Position numbers and translations under genes: made by a program
The notes under the pieces: generated by a model
Seen by the model: the letters and a program-made list of their open reading frames with translations, nothing else
What the model was told of the DNA's origin: nothing
Database searches by the model: none
Source: a virus
IMG/VR virus record: IMGVR_UViG_3300014911_000002
Coordinates: 25,380 to 89,379 of that record
Strand: one strand, 5' to 3'
DNA: 64,000 nt
In this document: piece after piece, positions 1-10,861 of the stretch
How the letters are laid out: each line of letters opens with the position of its first letter
Position numbering within the stretch: the first letter of the stretch is position 1

Positions 1-263
1 CGTTCAATTATCTTCTTATCTGCAAACGGTTCGTTCATTAAATATGGACAGAACTTGCCATCAAATTCGGGATCGTATTCTGCTATATCGTTGAGTATTT
101 TCTCGTATAAATCATCTTGCATATATCCTGGATGTTTGTAATGCCAGGATGAACGGTACGGGCACATTATGCATCGAGCATTGCAAACGGAAGTTGTCAT
201 AATTTGAACAAGATTGAGCCGTCTATGTGGTAACCATGGAATGAATCCATCATTATAAGGCAT
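1..263 (-). CDS. Radical SAM protein, N-terminal part (runs off window start)
   Basis: Not in ORF track; manual translation from ATG 263 (GGTGA RBS): MPYNDGFIPWLPHRRLNLVQIMTTSVCNARCIMCPY...MNEPF, containing CxxxCxxC. Confidence 0.8.
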   Translation of the reverse strand, partial: MPYNDGFIPWLPHRRLNLVQIMTTSVCNARCIMCPYRSSWHYKHPGYMQDDLYEKILNDIAEYDPEFDGKFCPYLMNEPFADKKIIE

Positions 264-1020
264 AAAGATCACCTATAAATTTCAGACATCGTTCCAAGTT
301 TTCCTTATAGCCAGCAAGACCTCTTTTATCCGTGCCCACATGAAGAACATATGGAACGACATTAGGCTGCTCTGGTCTCCAGCCAAACCAGTGATGTTCT
401 TCTGTCATTGGTTTGAATTTATATCCAGCAAGGGCAATAGAGACTGCAAATTCATTATGATGCATGTCATCTACTGTATTCGGACTCTTCAATTTCTTTT
501 GGTGGAACAATGTATAAGCTGCTAAAAAATCATCTTTTATCTTCTTTTGGATGCCATGCCTGATTATCAAGAAACCATCGTTTATTGGTATAGCATCTTG
601 TGGCTTATTGAAGCGTTTTAAAGCATCCTTCCAAGCTTTGTTGTCCCAAGTTGGCTTAATCTTACCCTTATATCTAAAACACGGTTCTTCTCTTGCAGAG
701 TAATCAAAATCACCAAGAAGCTCTCTTATATCTCGTAATACCAGAGTATCACAATCAAGGAAAATCAAATCATCTGCATCAATGTCACATATCTCTATTT
801 TGTATTTAAAGTTCGGTAGCTCTAAGTTTCTATAAAACTCATCTCCAGGTCTTATTTCAGCATATCTCTTTAAGCTCCAGATCTTTGAGGTCTTTCTTGG
901 CTTTGGATTTACAATAAGAACAACCTCGTCACGATCAACAAATCTATGAAGTGTCTTCAGTGAATTTTTTGCTTGAAAATAAAAGTCAAATGAATCTGGA
1001 AGAGTATATACAACTTTCAT
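253..1020 (-). CDS. GT-A fold glycosyltransferase (GT8-like)
   Basis: IFLDCDTLVLRDI DxD motif, INDGFLII, late H (VLHVG). Confidence 0.7.
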   Translation of the reverse strand: MKVVYTLPDSFDFYFQAKNSLKTLHRFVDRDEVVLIVNPKPRKTSKIWSLKRYAEIRPGDEFYRNLELPNFKYKIEICDIDADDLIFLDCDTLVLRDIRELLGDFDYSAREEPCFRYKGKIKPTWDNKAWKDALKRFNKPQDAIPINDGFLIIRHGIQKKIKDDFLAAYTLFHQKKLKSPNTVDDMHHNEFAVSIALAGYKFKPMTEEHHWFGWRPEQPNVVPYVLHVGTDKRGLAGYKENLERCLKFIGDLYAL

Positions 1021-2429
1021 TTAAACTCAAGCCCAAATTTATCAAGTCTTTGGGTATAACCTACTCTACGTCTGGCCATCTTTACATACTCTGGATTTAA
1101 TTCTATGCCTATATAATGTCTTCCAAGTTTTTTCGCTACAAGACAAGTTGTTCCTGAGCCTGCGAATGGGTCTAATACTATTCCGCTGTCCCAACCTGCA
1201 CCGCATCCGCAATCTGTCCAGCCTACAGTAATATGCTCTCTTGCTATCATCCTTACACATTTGCATTCCGCCCCTTGATATCTCTCCTTATTTTGTGCCA
1301 TTTTTCCTTTATTACTCCCTCCTTTTGCGGTAATTCTTCCTAACTTAATTATCCTCTCTCTTGCCTTCCCACATTTCTTACAAATCCACTGAGGGCAGGC
1401 TGCTTTTATCATTGGTTCTACAAGCCTTTGAGGGAAAGTGGCAAAGTGGGCATCAGGAAATGATTCTGTTGGTATGCTCCAGACATCACCAGGATTCTTT
1501 CCTAACTTTCTGCCTTCAGCCAATTCTTTATACCATTTATCTTGTCTCGAAGCCGTTATACCGCTGAAATATAAGCCGCTGTCGTCCTTTCTTCTTTCTG
1601 GATTATTGAACGCCTTCGCTCTTTTGAATGTAGAAGGGGCAAATGGCACTCTCACAGCGTCCAAATCAAACCAGTATTTATCAGATTTTGTGAGCATGAA
1701 AACTGGCTCATAGGAATTAGTGAATCTATCTTTTGCACTTGAAGGCATATGATTCGGTTTGAACCATATAATAATATTACGAAGTATCCAACCTTGTTCA
1801 TCCACCATATGTAAGATGAGTCGGTAATTTTGCATGCACAGTGACTTTCTTGGAATACCTTGATTCTCAATCAGATCATTACTCCTCAAACCAGCACTTC
1901 CAATCCGCTCTTCATAACCTGGGGCAATATTTTCGTATATTTTCCCGCTGCCGCTCTTCGTCGCATAGTTATCACCATGATTCCAAAACATTACTCCGGT
2001 TGGTTTCAGGACCCTCTTAAGTTCAGCAGTGATTTGGAGGAGATGTTCTATGTACATATCAAGCGTTGGTTCAAGACCGAGTTGCCCGTGCCATGCTCCA
2101 CATTTTTTACAAAAGGACGACCTAGTGACCCTATTATGATAGCCAACGAATTCTCTAAAATTCTCTTTGCCCTTGATATTGAATTTTTCTTTGGCAAAAT
2201 CAGTTTTTCCGCCGGACGCATTGGGTCTTTCCGTTTCAACAATTTCCCATTCGTGTTCACAATCTGGGTTTCCACCCCACACCTTGCAAGTTGCCTCTCC
2301 ATAATCCCGCAAACCCCAATACGGCGGACTCGTAATAATGCAGTCTACTGAATCTGATGGCATCTGCTTGAGAACCTCGAGAGTGTCACCGCAGATGATT
2401 TTATCAATAAATTGTTCTATCTCTCTCAT
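1017..2429 (-). CDS. Beta-class N4-C/N6-A DNA methyltransferase with Cys-rich insertions
   Basis: TSPPYWGLRDY catalytic motif precedes VLDPFAGSGTT SAM-binding motif; HFATFP; start taken at MREIEQ next to the upstream stop. Confidence 0.92.
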   Translation of the reverse strand: MREIEQFIDKIICGDTLEVLKQMPSDSVDCIITSPPYWGLRDYGEATCKVWGGNPDCEHEWEIVETERPNASGGKTDFAKEKFNIKGKENFREFVGYHNRVTRSSFCKKCGAWHGQLGLEPTLDMYIEHLLQITAELKRVLKPTGVMFWNHGDNYATKSGSGKIYENIAPGYEERIGSAGLRSNDLIENQGIPRKSLCMQNYRLILHMVDEQGWILRNIIIWFKPNHMPSSAKDRFTNSYEPVFMLTKSDKYWFDLDAVRVPFAPSTFKRAKAFNNPERRKDDSGLYFSGITASRQDKWYKELAEGRKLGKNPGDVWSIPTESFPDAHFATFPQRLVEPMIKAACPQWICKKCGKARERIIKLGRITAKGGSNKGKMAQNKERYQGAECKCVRMIAREHITVGWTDCGCGAGWDSGIVLDPFAGSGTTCLVAKKLGRHYIGIELNPEYVKMARRRVGYTQRLDKFGLEFK

Positions 2430-2430
2430 T

Positions 2431-3234
2431 TTATCTCGGCTTATCCTGATATTTATCCCATCCAACTATAGGCCATATTTTCCACTTATTCCAGAAATAC
2501 TCTATGGCTTTACGACCGTCAAATTCATATGAGAGAGAACCATAAGGGAAAGGTCTTGGGTCGTGAATCACATATTGGCGTGTATACATATAGCATTTAA
2601 TTTCTTTAAGCTTACATTGAAGAAAGAAATCCAGCCTATCTCCCTTCCATGAAAAGTTATTGTCCCACCTTACCTTTTCGTATACATCCATAGGCAAGAC
2701 CATAGAATGCAAACACTCATCTGTCTCTACAAAATCCATCTTGAATGTCTTTGCAAACTCAAATGGGATTGGATATTTCTTCACACAAGGTCTTCCGTTT
2801 TGAATGCCAAATATATATTTCATCGAAGCATGCCTAAATGATTTATAGTAGTTGTCATACCAAGCTACAGATGTAATTGTAAGTTCTCCTTGTCTTCTTC
2901 GTTCTTTCACAAACTTAAGAAGAGTTTCAATAATACCTGCTTCTTTGAAATAAATATCATCATCTAGATGCATTAAGAATTCTGTATCGCAAGCATCTGC
3001 TATTAGATTATTCGATTCACAACATCCTATTTTTCTATCGGCTATGTCTAGATAGATATCTGCTTTCTTCTCAGCCCATGACATATCCACTTCATTCGTA
3101 AAGGCTTTGGTGTTGTCGAGAATTATAAGCTTATATGGAATCTTTACAAATCTCTCAAGAGATGCCAAACACCGTTTTAGGACTCTTGGACGCCCGCATG
3201 TTGCTATACCAATAGAAAGTTCTGGAGATGCCAT
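2431..3234 (-). CDS. GT2-family glycosyltransferase
   Basis: IGIATCGRP...LIILDN...FLMHLDDD. Confidence 0.8.
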   Translation of the reverse strand: MASPELSIGIATCGRPRVLKRCLASLERFVKIPYKLIILDNTKAFTNEVDMSWAEKKADIYLDIADRKIGCCESNNLIADACDTEFLMHLDDDIYFKEAGIIETLLKFVKERRRQGELTITSVAWYDNYYKSFRHASMKYIFGIQNGRPCVKKYPIPFEFAKTFKMDFVETDECLHSMVLPMDVYEKVRWDNNFSWKGDRLDFFLQCKLKEIKCYMYTRQYVIHDPRPFPYGSLSYEFDGRKAIEYFWNKWKIWPIVGWDKYQDKPR

Positions 3235-3242
3235 ATTACCTC

Positions 3243-3372
3243 TCAACCACCCTCAAATTTTGCGTTTAAACGTGTCTAGAATGGTCGTAGAGACGAGTTT
3301 TCGTCGAACGAATAGTAACATACTTGTGCGAGAAAAACTCGTCTCCTCGTCGATTTTAGACGCGTTTAACGC
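3243..3372 (-). repeat. Dispersed ~130-bp palindromic element, copy 1 (opposite orientation to copies 2-4)
   Basis: GTAGAGACGAGTTTT...AAAAACTCGTCTC inverted repeat; reverse complement aligns with 13575-13705. Confidence 0.85.
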
Positions 3373-3383
3373 GATATTTTATT

Positions 3384-4070
3384 TCACCTGATAATGCATC
3401 TCTGAACGTAATATTCTGCACGTTTTTTAATCATTTGTAACTCATCGTCTGTGAATTCTCTAATGTTCTTTGCACGTTTCGGATTCAATGCTTTCGTAAA
3501 TTTAAACCGCTGGAGAGCATATAATCTTGCTCCCTCGATATATTTCGCTATCTCCTCGATATCATCCATATCAAGAATTCCTCTGCCGATGGTCGTTCTA
3601 AATTCATAATCTAGATTGCTGTTCATCAACAGCCTTATGCTTTCCTTTATATCATTTATATTTACATCAGCACAAGCGATGTCTCGGTATTTCCCAAATG
3701 GACCTTTTATATCCATAGCTATGTAATCGACTAAATCCTGTTCGATAAGTTCCTCCAGCATTCTAGGATTAGAACCATTTGTATCAAGTTTGATTAGAAA
3801 ACCCATCTCCTTGATTTTCTTCAGGAAAGAAGGGAGATCTTCTTGCAATGTTGGCTCGCCACCTGTTATTACAACACCACTGATTTTCCTACGACGTCTG
3901 CCCAAGAAATCTAATATCTCTTTCTCGGAATAGACACCATCTTTTTGAGCTATAAGTTCTGGATTATGACAATAAAAACAACGGAAATTACATCCCTGAG
4001 TGAATATAACCGCTGCAATCTTCCCTGGATAGTCAATCAGGGAGGTCTTAAGAAGGCCGCCTATTCTCAT
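3384..4070 (-). CDS. nrdG: Anaerobic ribonucleotide reductase activating radical SAM enzyme
   Basis: SLIDYPGKIAAVIFTQGCNFRCFYCHNPEL, ITGGEPT, DTNGS; adjacent to nrdD. Confidence 0.93.
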   Translation of the reverse strand: MRIGGLLKTSLIDYPGKIAAVIFTQGCNFRCFYCHNPELIAQKDGVYSEKEILDFLGRRRRKISGVVITGGEPTLQEDLPSFLKKIKEMGFLIKLDTNGSNPRMLEELIEQDLVDYIAMDIKGPFGKYRDIACADVNINDIKESIRLLMNSNLDYEFRTTIGRGILDMDDIEEIAKYIEGARLYALQRFKFTKALNPKRAKNIREFTDDELQMIKKRAEYYVQRCIIR

Positions 4071-6163
4071 GTTGATATCTTAAACGTCTTTCTCAGCTTA
4101 AATTCAGAACGCTTTCCTTTGTTCCATTGATCAACGGGTCTAAGGTATCCAACGATTCTTGAATAGACCTCACAATGGCTTCCACATTTTGGACACTGTT
4201 CATGCTCGCCAGAAATATAGCCATGATTTGGACAGACACTAAATGTCGGAGTGATCGTGAAATAAGGAAGCCTGTAGTTATAACAAATAGTCTTCACTAA
4301 ATCCTTTACAACAGAATGATCAGGTATCTGCTCGCCTATGAAGAGATGAAGAACAGTTCCACCAGTGTATTTAGTCTGAAGTTCATCTTGCAAATCTAAT
4401 GCCTCGAATATATCATCGGTATAATTTACCGGAAGCTGAGTAGAATTAGTATAGAATGGCTCCGCTCCTTTCTGATATTCTTCCTCGTTTGCACAAATTA
4501 TGTCATCGTAGCGTTTTTTATCTAACAATGCAAGCCTATAAGATGTTCCCTCTGCTGGAGTAGCCTCAAGATTATAATTATTGCCAGTCTCTTTTTGATA
4601 TTCCACTAACCGGTCACGCATATAATCTAGAACTTTAAGAGCAAATGAGCGTCCTTCCTCTGTTGCTATATTGCCTATTCCAAGATTCAAACAAGCTTCG
4701 TTCATTCCAATTAAACCGATAGTCGCAAAATGATTCTTCCAGTATTCATCAAATCTGCTTTTTATATTCCTGAGATAGAATTTAGCATATGGATATAAAT
4801 TCTTATCTGTTAGACGCTCAAGAACTTTACGCTTGATTTCGAGGCTTTCCTTCGCCAAATCCATCATCTTTCCCAATTTCTCAAAGAATTCATCTTCATT
4901 CTTAGATAAATATCCTAGACGCGGCATATTTATGGTAACTACTCCGATGCTTCCAGTTAGTGGGTTCGCACCGAATAATCCGCCACCCTTTCGTCTTAGA
5001 TGCCTAGTATCTAATCTCAATCTACAGCACATACTTCGTGCGTCTTCTGGCTTCATATCCGAGTTTATAAAGTTGGCAAAATAAGGAATGCCGTATTTTG
5101 CAGTTGCTTTCCAAAGTGGTTCCAACACCTCATTATCCCAATCGAAATCTCTTGTTATATTATAGGTTGGTATTGGAAAAGTAAATACTCTTCCTTTTGC
5201 ATCGCCTTCTAACATCACTTCCATGAATGCCCGATTGAGCATATCCATCTCGTCTTGAAAATCACTATAGACGTCTTTCTGAGGCTCACCGCCAATTATT
5301 ACCGGAAAATCAGATAAATAAGATGGAGGCTGAAGATCGAGAGTCAGATTTGTGAAAGGAGATTGAAACCCTACTCGCGTTGGTATGTTAATATTGAACA
5401 GGAATTCCTGCATAGCTTGCTTTACGTCATTATAATTTAGCCCATCATATCTGATGAACGGCGCAAGAAGAGTATCAAAATTAGAGAATGCTTGAGCACC
5501 AGCAGCCTCGCCCTGGAGGGTATAGAAGAAATTCACAACTTGGCCTATGGCGCTCCGAAAGTGTTTCGCGGGTTTGCTCTCTATTTTACCTTTTGCGCCT
5601 TTAAAGCCTACCTGCAGTAAATCAAGCAAATCCCAACCAACACAATAAACAGATAGCATTCCCAAATCATGAATGTGGAAATCTCCGGATACGTGAGCAT
5701 GCCTAATTTCTGATGGATAAATTTTATTCAGCCAATAAGTCTTACTCACCTCTGATGATATATAATTGTGTAAGCCCTGCAAAGAATATGTCATATTAGC
5801 ATTTTCTTGAACTTTCCAATCCCTGCCTTCAATGTATTCATCCATAATGTTTATGTTCATCTTTTCTGCGATTTCTCGCATCTGTCTGTGCTGATCTCTA
5901 TAAAGTATGAAAGTTTTTGCAGTCTCTTTATATCTTGATGAGAGCAAAACTTCCTCTATTATTTCTTGAATCTCTTCAACAGTTGGGACTTTATGTTGAA
6001 TGGTTTCCTCGGCCAATGACAAAACCTTTAGCATTAGGCGCCTTGCTATAGATTCCTTTTGGATTTCTCCGCAGCTTTGGCCAGCCTTTAGTATCGCCTC
6101 AGTTATCTTTTCGGGTTTAAATCGCACTATCCTACCATCGCGCTTTCTTATACTCTTGAACAT
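4067..6163 (-). CDS. nrdD: Class III anaerobic ribonucleoside-triphosphate reductase with ATP cone
   Basis: N-terminal KRDGR ATP-cone, HIHDL, SMCCRL, EATPAEGTSYRLA, CxxH/CxxC site, YSRIVGYLRPV glycyl-radical loop. Confidence 0.97.
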   Translation of the reverse strand: MFKSIRKRDGRIVRFKPEKITEAILKAGQSCGEIQKESIARRLMLKVLSLAEETIQHKVPTVEEIQEIIEEVLLSSRYKETAKTFILYRDQHRQMREIAEKMNINIMDEYIEGRDWKVQENANMTYSLQGLHNYISSEVSKTYWLNKIYPSEIRHAHVSGDFHIHDLGMLSVYCVGWDLLDLLQVGFKGAKGKIESKPAKHFRSAIGQVVNFFYTLQGEAAGAQAFSNFDTLLAPFIRYDGLNYNDVKQAMQEFLFNINIPTRVGFQSPFTNLTLDLQPPSYLSDFPVIIGGEPQKDVYSDFQDEMDMLNRAFMEVMLEGDAKGRVFTFPIPTYNITRDFDWDNEVLEPLWKATAKYGIPYFANFINSDMKPEDARSMCCRLRLDTRHLRRKGGGLFGANPLTGSIGVVTINMPRLGYLSKNEDEFFEKLGKMMDLAKESLEIKRKVLERLTDKNLYPYAKFYLRNIKSRFDEYWKNHFATIGLIGMNEACLNLGIGNIATEEGRSFALKVLDYMRDRLVEYQKETGNNYNLEATPAEGTSYRLALLDKKRYDDIICANEEEYQKGAEPFYTNSTQLPVNYTDDIFEALDLQDELQTKYTGGTVLHLFIGEQIPDHSVVKDLVKTICYNYRLPYFTITPTFSVCPNHGYISGEHEQCPKCGSHCEVYSRIVGYLRPVDQWNKGKRSEFKLRKTFKIST

Positions 6164-6172
6164 GGATATCAC

Positions 6173-6448
6173 CTAAGAACCTTGAATCCACGTACCACTT
6201 TCGTCATCCTTAACTAATGTAATGGAGAATGACGCACTTGGTTTTTCTTCAAGCAATTGTTCCAACCTTGCAATATCATTTGCTTCTATAGCGCTAAGGA
6301 TCTTCTCAAAGATATCCTTTTTGCGCGAATCGTAATTAATAGTTGGGTCTGGAGATTCCAATACACTTACAAACCTGATGAATGCGTGAGGGCACATATC
6401 GAACAGCATTGTACCTACCGCTGCTAATTTTACCTTTTCGTCGACCAA
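6173..6448 (-). CDS. Hypothetical protein
   Basis: 91-aa ORF with GAGGTGA RBS, in operon. Confidence 0.6.
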   Translation of the reverse strand: MVDEKVKLAAVGTMLFDMCPHAFIRFVSVLESPDPTINYDSRKKDIFEKILSAIEANDIARLEQLLEEKPSASFSITLVKDDESGTWIQGS

Positions 6449-6578
6449 TTCATCACCTCAAAAATCTTTTTTCAATCTCAGCAATGTATCTAATGCTAAG
6501 TCACGCATATATCTTATGTTCTCCTTTTTATCACTAGACTCGATTTCAACTGCATAGTTGGGAAGTACAATTCTAAAG

Positions 6579-6761
6579 CTACGCTTCACTTCTTTTGTTT
6601 CCTTCTTTGGCATTCCTAAACACCTCCAACCACATATCTACATCTCCAACTCTATCTGTTATTTTGGCATCAGATCCTGCAATCAGCTTTATGAACTCGA
6701 TGCGTTCTTTATCGTTCTTAAACCTTACTACCGCCTTATCATATCTTATGGATATTTTCAT
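6579..6761 (-). CDS. Hypothetical protein
   Basis: 60 aa, GGAGGTG RBS. Confidence 0.55.
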   Translation of the reverse strand: MKISIRYDKAVVRFKNDKERIEFIKLIAGSDAKITDRVGDVDMWLEVFRNAKEGNKRSEA

Positions 6762-6926
6762 AATGCACCTCCTAATCAGATTTCAAGGAAAAAACTGAAA
6801 TATCGTCTATATTGTACTCAAGCTCATTTCCATCAGCTGTTCTTATCTTTAGTATGTTGTTACAAAAATAAAAGTATAGGACATCAAGTGTTTCATTCTC
6901 TCCAGATTTTAGAACGAGGACGCATT

Positions 6927-7361
6927 TCATTTCCATTCTTCATAGGAAGGGTGACTTCTCACATATATTATCTTTGCATGAGTACGTTTTCGAAGTTCCT
7001 TTACAATGGTTGGGTTATCTTCAAAGAAGACATCAATGTTTTTGCTGTTTATTACGCTGGCTTTCTTTATTGCTGCAAGCTCTGGGGATAGTTCTGTTCG
7101 CTTATTGCCTATGAAAATGATATCACACTCGATGTTGTGGAATTCAAGCCAAGCTTTAGTTACATCCGAGAAGATCGTTGGTCTGGCTGTTATTATAATA
7201 ATTTTATCATCTGGTGATGCAAAATCCTTTGGATTTAATTGAAGAGGCGCTTCAAGGAAAAACAAGCGCTTTATCGATTCGGGAATAATTAGATTAGATG
7301 CCCAAGCTAGATATCCGCATACTACGCCATCCAAATCAAATCCAATATTCATGGTTTGCAC
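6927..7361 (-). CDS. HAD-superfamily phosphatase / 5'(3')-nucleotidase-like
   Basis: GFDLDGVV motif I, ITAR motif II, K and FFEDN motifs III/IV. Confidence 0.8.
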   Translation of the reverse strand: MQTMNIGFDLDGVVCGYLAWASNLIIPESIKRLFFLEAPLQLNPKDFASPDDKIIIITARPTIFSDVTKAWLEFHNIECDIIFIGNKRTELSPELAAIKKASVINSKNIDVFFEDNPTIVKELRKRTHAKIIYVRSHPSYEEWK

Positions 7362-8122
7362 CTCATAAATAAATGTATGGGCTTCTTATTATAAACTAGA
7401 AGATTTGCTACTAATCTGCTATCACGACTACTAGTTGTATATGATAAGAGGGTTTGACGTGACCCAATCTTCTTCTTTCGTACAGTTTTTATTTTCCACA
7501 TTATATTTAATATATCATCAAAATCTAAATCCCCATAGCTGCTCAAATGATTGAGCAATGATAATGCGTCATTTCTATAATATGCCCAAATGGAGTTGTC
7601 GAATATTATTTCCATTGCTACAAAACCTCTTTCACTCGATGCGATATAACCCATTTCATAATCATGTGGTGATTTAAAGCCGAAATATCTTGATTCTACC
7701 TCATCTATAAATTTTAATATTTGTAGTACACCGTCCAGTTCTCTGAACATCACTGAAACATCATCTAAGAAATGCATGGTCTTTTGCTTCCTTCTGTGAA
7801 TGCCAATTGTGTGAGACGCCATGGGTTCTAGAATGAAAGAATGGAGAGGCGAGCGGTGTTCTTTATCTCGAGATATTTCTGAAAGCATTCGGAAGAATAT
7901 CGGCTGTCTTTCAAAAGAGAATATCTCGATGAAATTATCTGACTCCGTATCAGCTATGGCATAGTCGAGGTCTTTGTTATCGTGAATTAAATTTGTCCGA
8001 AACTGTCCGATTATCGGATAAATGACAATATCATTAATAACCCCAATTGGATGACCAAAGCGTATTTCATCACTCTCAAGAAGTGCTGCAATATACTTCA
8101 TATTAGTCATAGAATAAAGCAA
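7349..8122 (-). CDS. Hypothetical protein, possibly a divergent ARPP-1/DUF6569-like domain
   Basis: Pattern IVIYPI...PIFF..SEI..KEHR....FILEP...IGI and G......VAMEII...W loosely recalls ARPP-1; weak. Confidence 0.35.
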   Translation of the reverse strand: MLYSMTNMKYIAALLESDEIRFGHPIGVINDIVIYPIIGQFRTNLIHDNKDLDYAIADTESDNFIEIFSFERQPIFFRMLSEISRDKEHRSPLHSFILEPMASHTIGIHRRKQKTMHFLDDVSVMFRELDGVLQILKFIDEVESRYFGFKSPHDYEMGYIASSERGFVAMEIIFDNSIWAYYRNDALSLLNHLSSYGDLDFDDILNIMWKIKTVRKKKIGSRQTLLSYTTSSRDSRLVANLLVYNKKPIHLFMRCKP

Positions 8123-8594
8123 GTGTACGCAACATTATTTCCTGCTTCAATAACTCATCCCATAAAAGCCCTTCACTTGCGGCTATACGTCTAAGACGTT
8201 CCAACGTTTTTTCATCCCTTATCGGAATATCTACATCCTTGAATATCATATCTATATAGTCTTCTCGAAATGTTAATAAGTCAGAGAGCGCATAAATATT
8301 ATATGCAATTTCTCTTGCAATTTCTGATGCTGTTGATATCCGCTTTAGTGTTGATTCACTTCTATTTACACGTCTATTTTCAAAGGAATCAATAATTCGC
8401 TCTTCGATTAATGTGGACGCAATATCTTCAATATCTTTATTATCACCGACTAGATACACTATAATAGATTTTTCTTTAGGTACCCATCCTAGATAAGACG
8501 CATCCGATATTTTCTCAAACGCATCCATAATATAACTGCATGTGATTATACTCGGTTTATAACCAAGATGGAGTACAACCTCATTAACTCGCAT
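8103..8594 (-). CDS. Hypothetical protein
   Basis: 163 aa, GGAGGT RBS. Confidence 0.6.
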   Translation of the reverse strand: MRVNEVVLHLGYKPSIITCSYIMDAFEKISDASYLGWVPKEKSIIVYLVGDNKDIEDIASTLIEERIIDSFENRRVNRSESTLKRISTASEIAREIAYNIYALSDLLTFREDYIDMIFKDVDIPIRDEKTLERLRRIAASEGLLWDELLKQEIMLRTLALFYD

Positions 8595-8743
8595 TTACCT
8601 CCCTCCGTTTCACTTGTATGACATAACATCCCGGGCACATCCGATGAATTTCACGAATACAATGATCGACATCATCATTTTTTGACCAAAAGAGCACTCG
8701 ATGTCGTTTCCCCATCCAACCGATTATACATTCATAGCAGATA

Positions 8744-9613
8744 TCACTCATTACCTTTCTCCATCATCTCTAACTTCTTGTTTTTATATTCCATATATCG
8801 TTCATCCTCAAGCTCAAACTGTTTATGGAGTTCGATACAGAGCTTTTTGATCTTTGTATGGTCAATGTCACTTAGGTCAACATCTGGCCTATTGACCCAT
8901 ATCGGCACTTTTCTTAGTTCCTCAAGCTCAGAGCCTCCATAATGGCCGACTCTGCCTCCTTCTCCATCTTGCAGATTCTCTCCATGATCTGCAAATACCA
9001 CAACCGTCTCTATATTATTTGTTATGTTCTTGAATGCCATCAATCTTGTTTTAAAATCGTCAACTCCTATTTTATACCAATCAAGGAGTTTTCGCCTTGG
9101 CATCCTAGCCATAAGTCTATCGCAGTTAACCACGCATGGAAGTTCCTTTGGTCCGTAACAATCTATGCCCCATGGACCATGTGTTAACCATGAATGATAG
9201 AATATCAAATCCCACCACTCATTTGTTGCCATAGACCATTTTCGTCCAACGTATTCAAGAACATCGTCATCATTATTTGTAACGGCATTCCATTTAATCG
9301 GTGGCAAAAATGTAAACTTATCTCTTCTTGAAGGCGGAAGCCATTTGGGTCCATTTCCAATCAATCTCGAAATGGTAACCCAAGAGTCAAAATGATCAAA
9401 AATGGTATCTTTACAAGCCTCTGGTCTGACTGTGTCTAAAAAACCTCTAACGCCGGTTTCTTCTGGAGGTTTTCCTGTTGCCACAGTTGCTAGAACTGGT
9501 GCAGTAAAGGTTTCAATAGCTCTAAATGAACCCCATGATTCTTCTGGGAAGACGCCTTTTAGATATTTTGTCGCAAAATCATATCGCAAGCTATCAGCAA
9601 GTATTAATATCAT
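8744..9613 (-). CDS. Alkaline-phosphatase/sulfatase superfamily hydrolase or transferase
   Basis: ILADSLRYD, T nucleophile (ETFTAPV), THGP, FADHGE, GH metal ligands. Confidence 0.8.
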   Translation of the reverse strand: MILILADSLRYDFATKYLKGVFPEESWGSFRAIETFTAPVLATVATGKPPEETGVRGFLDTVRPEACKDTIFDHFDSWVTISRLIGNGPKWLPPSRRDKFTFLPPIKWNAVTNNDDDVLEYVGRKWSMATNEWWDLIFYHSWLTHGPWGIDCYGPKELPCVVNCDRLMARMPRRKLLDWYKIGVDDFKTRLMAFKNITNNIETVVVFADHGENLQDGEGGRVGHYGGSELEELRKVPIWVNRPDVDLSDIDHTKIKKLCIELHKQFELEDERYMEYKNKKLEMMEKGNE

Positions 9614-10065
9614 TTTCTCTCACCTTTTATATGAACTGGAATATAACATCTTGAAGTTTTCGTTGTGTCTACAGGTATAAACTCTTTGATGTATGTTCTT
9701 CGAATTAATATTGTATCTTCGCTTTCATCTAGAGGTTCTTCAAATCCCACGGCGTATCCTTTCTTCTCAACATCCTCAAATGTCTTCATAAACTTATCAA
9801 CCACCTCTTTATCTTGAAGCTTCCTGTTAGATTTGAATCCAAATTTAAGAATGTCTAGCTTGACTCTATCTTCTTGAGGCGCAGAATATCTTTCTTCTCT
9901 TAATATTTCACCATCTTCTGTAATAACTTCCATCTTTGTGACAACAGCTGGTATTCTGATTGTGTAGATGTATTCGGTAACATTCATCATATAATCGTAA
10001 TATTCTTCTTCTTTGAAATGATTTTTTATGTAACCTGACAAATCTTTTTTCGAAAATTTCTTCAT
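9610..10065 (-). CDS. Hypothetical protein
   Basis: 151 aa, ATGA-coupled to the downstream gene. Confidence 0.6.
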   Translation of the reverse strand: MKKFSKKDLSGYIKNHFKEEEYYDYMMNVTEYIYTIRIPAVVTKMEVITEDGEILREERYSAPQEDRVKLDILKFGFKSNRKLQDKEVVDKFMKTFEDVEKKGYAVGFEEPLDESEDTILIRRTYIKEFIPVDTTKTSRCYIPVHIKGERK

Positions 10066-10585
10066 AATCAGCTATTCCTCCACTTTTGGCATTTTCTGTT
10101 TATGTTTGTCAAATCGGCCAATATTATAACTAATCACTCTTCAGGTTGTTAAACAGCTTCTTTGCGCATATATCGCAAGTATAACCTATATCGCATTTAC
10201 ATCTTGGAATCTTGCCTCTCCTTAAGGCTAGATGAACTTCGGTAAGCCAATACAACTGCTCATAATCAGTGTCATAATCATCCATAATATCACATGTTTA
10301 TATTATTGTATAAGGAACTCTTAAGACTTGTACATCGCCTGTCGATGGATTACCAATCTCATATCCAAGAAAATAGTCTTTTCCATCTGTTGTTGATATT
10401 TTTGCATAATATACCACAGTCACATCTATCCCTCTTTTATCCCTTCTTGTCTGTCTATAATCCGAGCCCCAGTTTCTCTTTCCATCCTGTCTCGATAGAT
10501 ATCGATGAAGCAATCAGAACATAAGACAAGGTCACCATCCCAGATGATAAACCTACTTTTCACTTCCTCGCCGCAAAAATCGCAA

Positions 10586-10777
10586 TTAACCATATCTCAA
10601 AGAGTCTGGCAACCAAACTTCTCCACCATACTTCACTATCAGCTTTCCACAATAGGGACAGATAGGATCTCCTTTCATACTCTCGATTATAAACCTGCCG
10701 TTACAGTGTGGGCAGATGATCTCTTCGAGAATCTTAGACTTTCCTTTCATTTTCAGTCTCCTCTGGGTCCGGACCAA
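10586..10777 (-). CDS. Zinc-ribbon microprotein
   Basis: CPHC...CPYC. Confidence 0.55.
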   Translation of the reverse strand: MVRTQRRLKMKGKSKILEEIICPHCNGRFIIESMKGDPICPYCGKLIVKYGGEVWLPDSLRYG

Positions 10778-10861
10778 TTATAAAAGTTCCGCAACCACAG
10801 TAAGGGCATTTTAACATGTCTTCTGAAACTCGATTTCCACATTTGATGCAATACCATGAAC

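Noticed and set aside
4067-6163. Intein or intron in NrdD (also considered for TerL and the ligase)
   Set aside because: Lengths are normal for the recognised domains and no intein splice or LAGLIDADG motifs are evident
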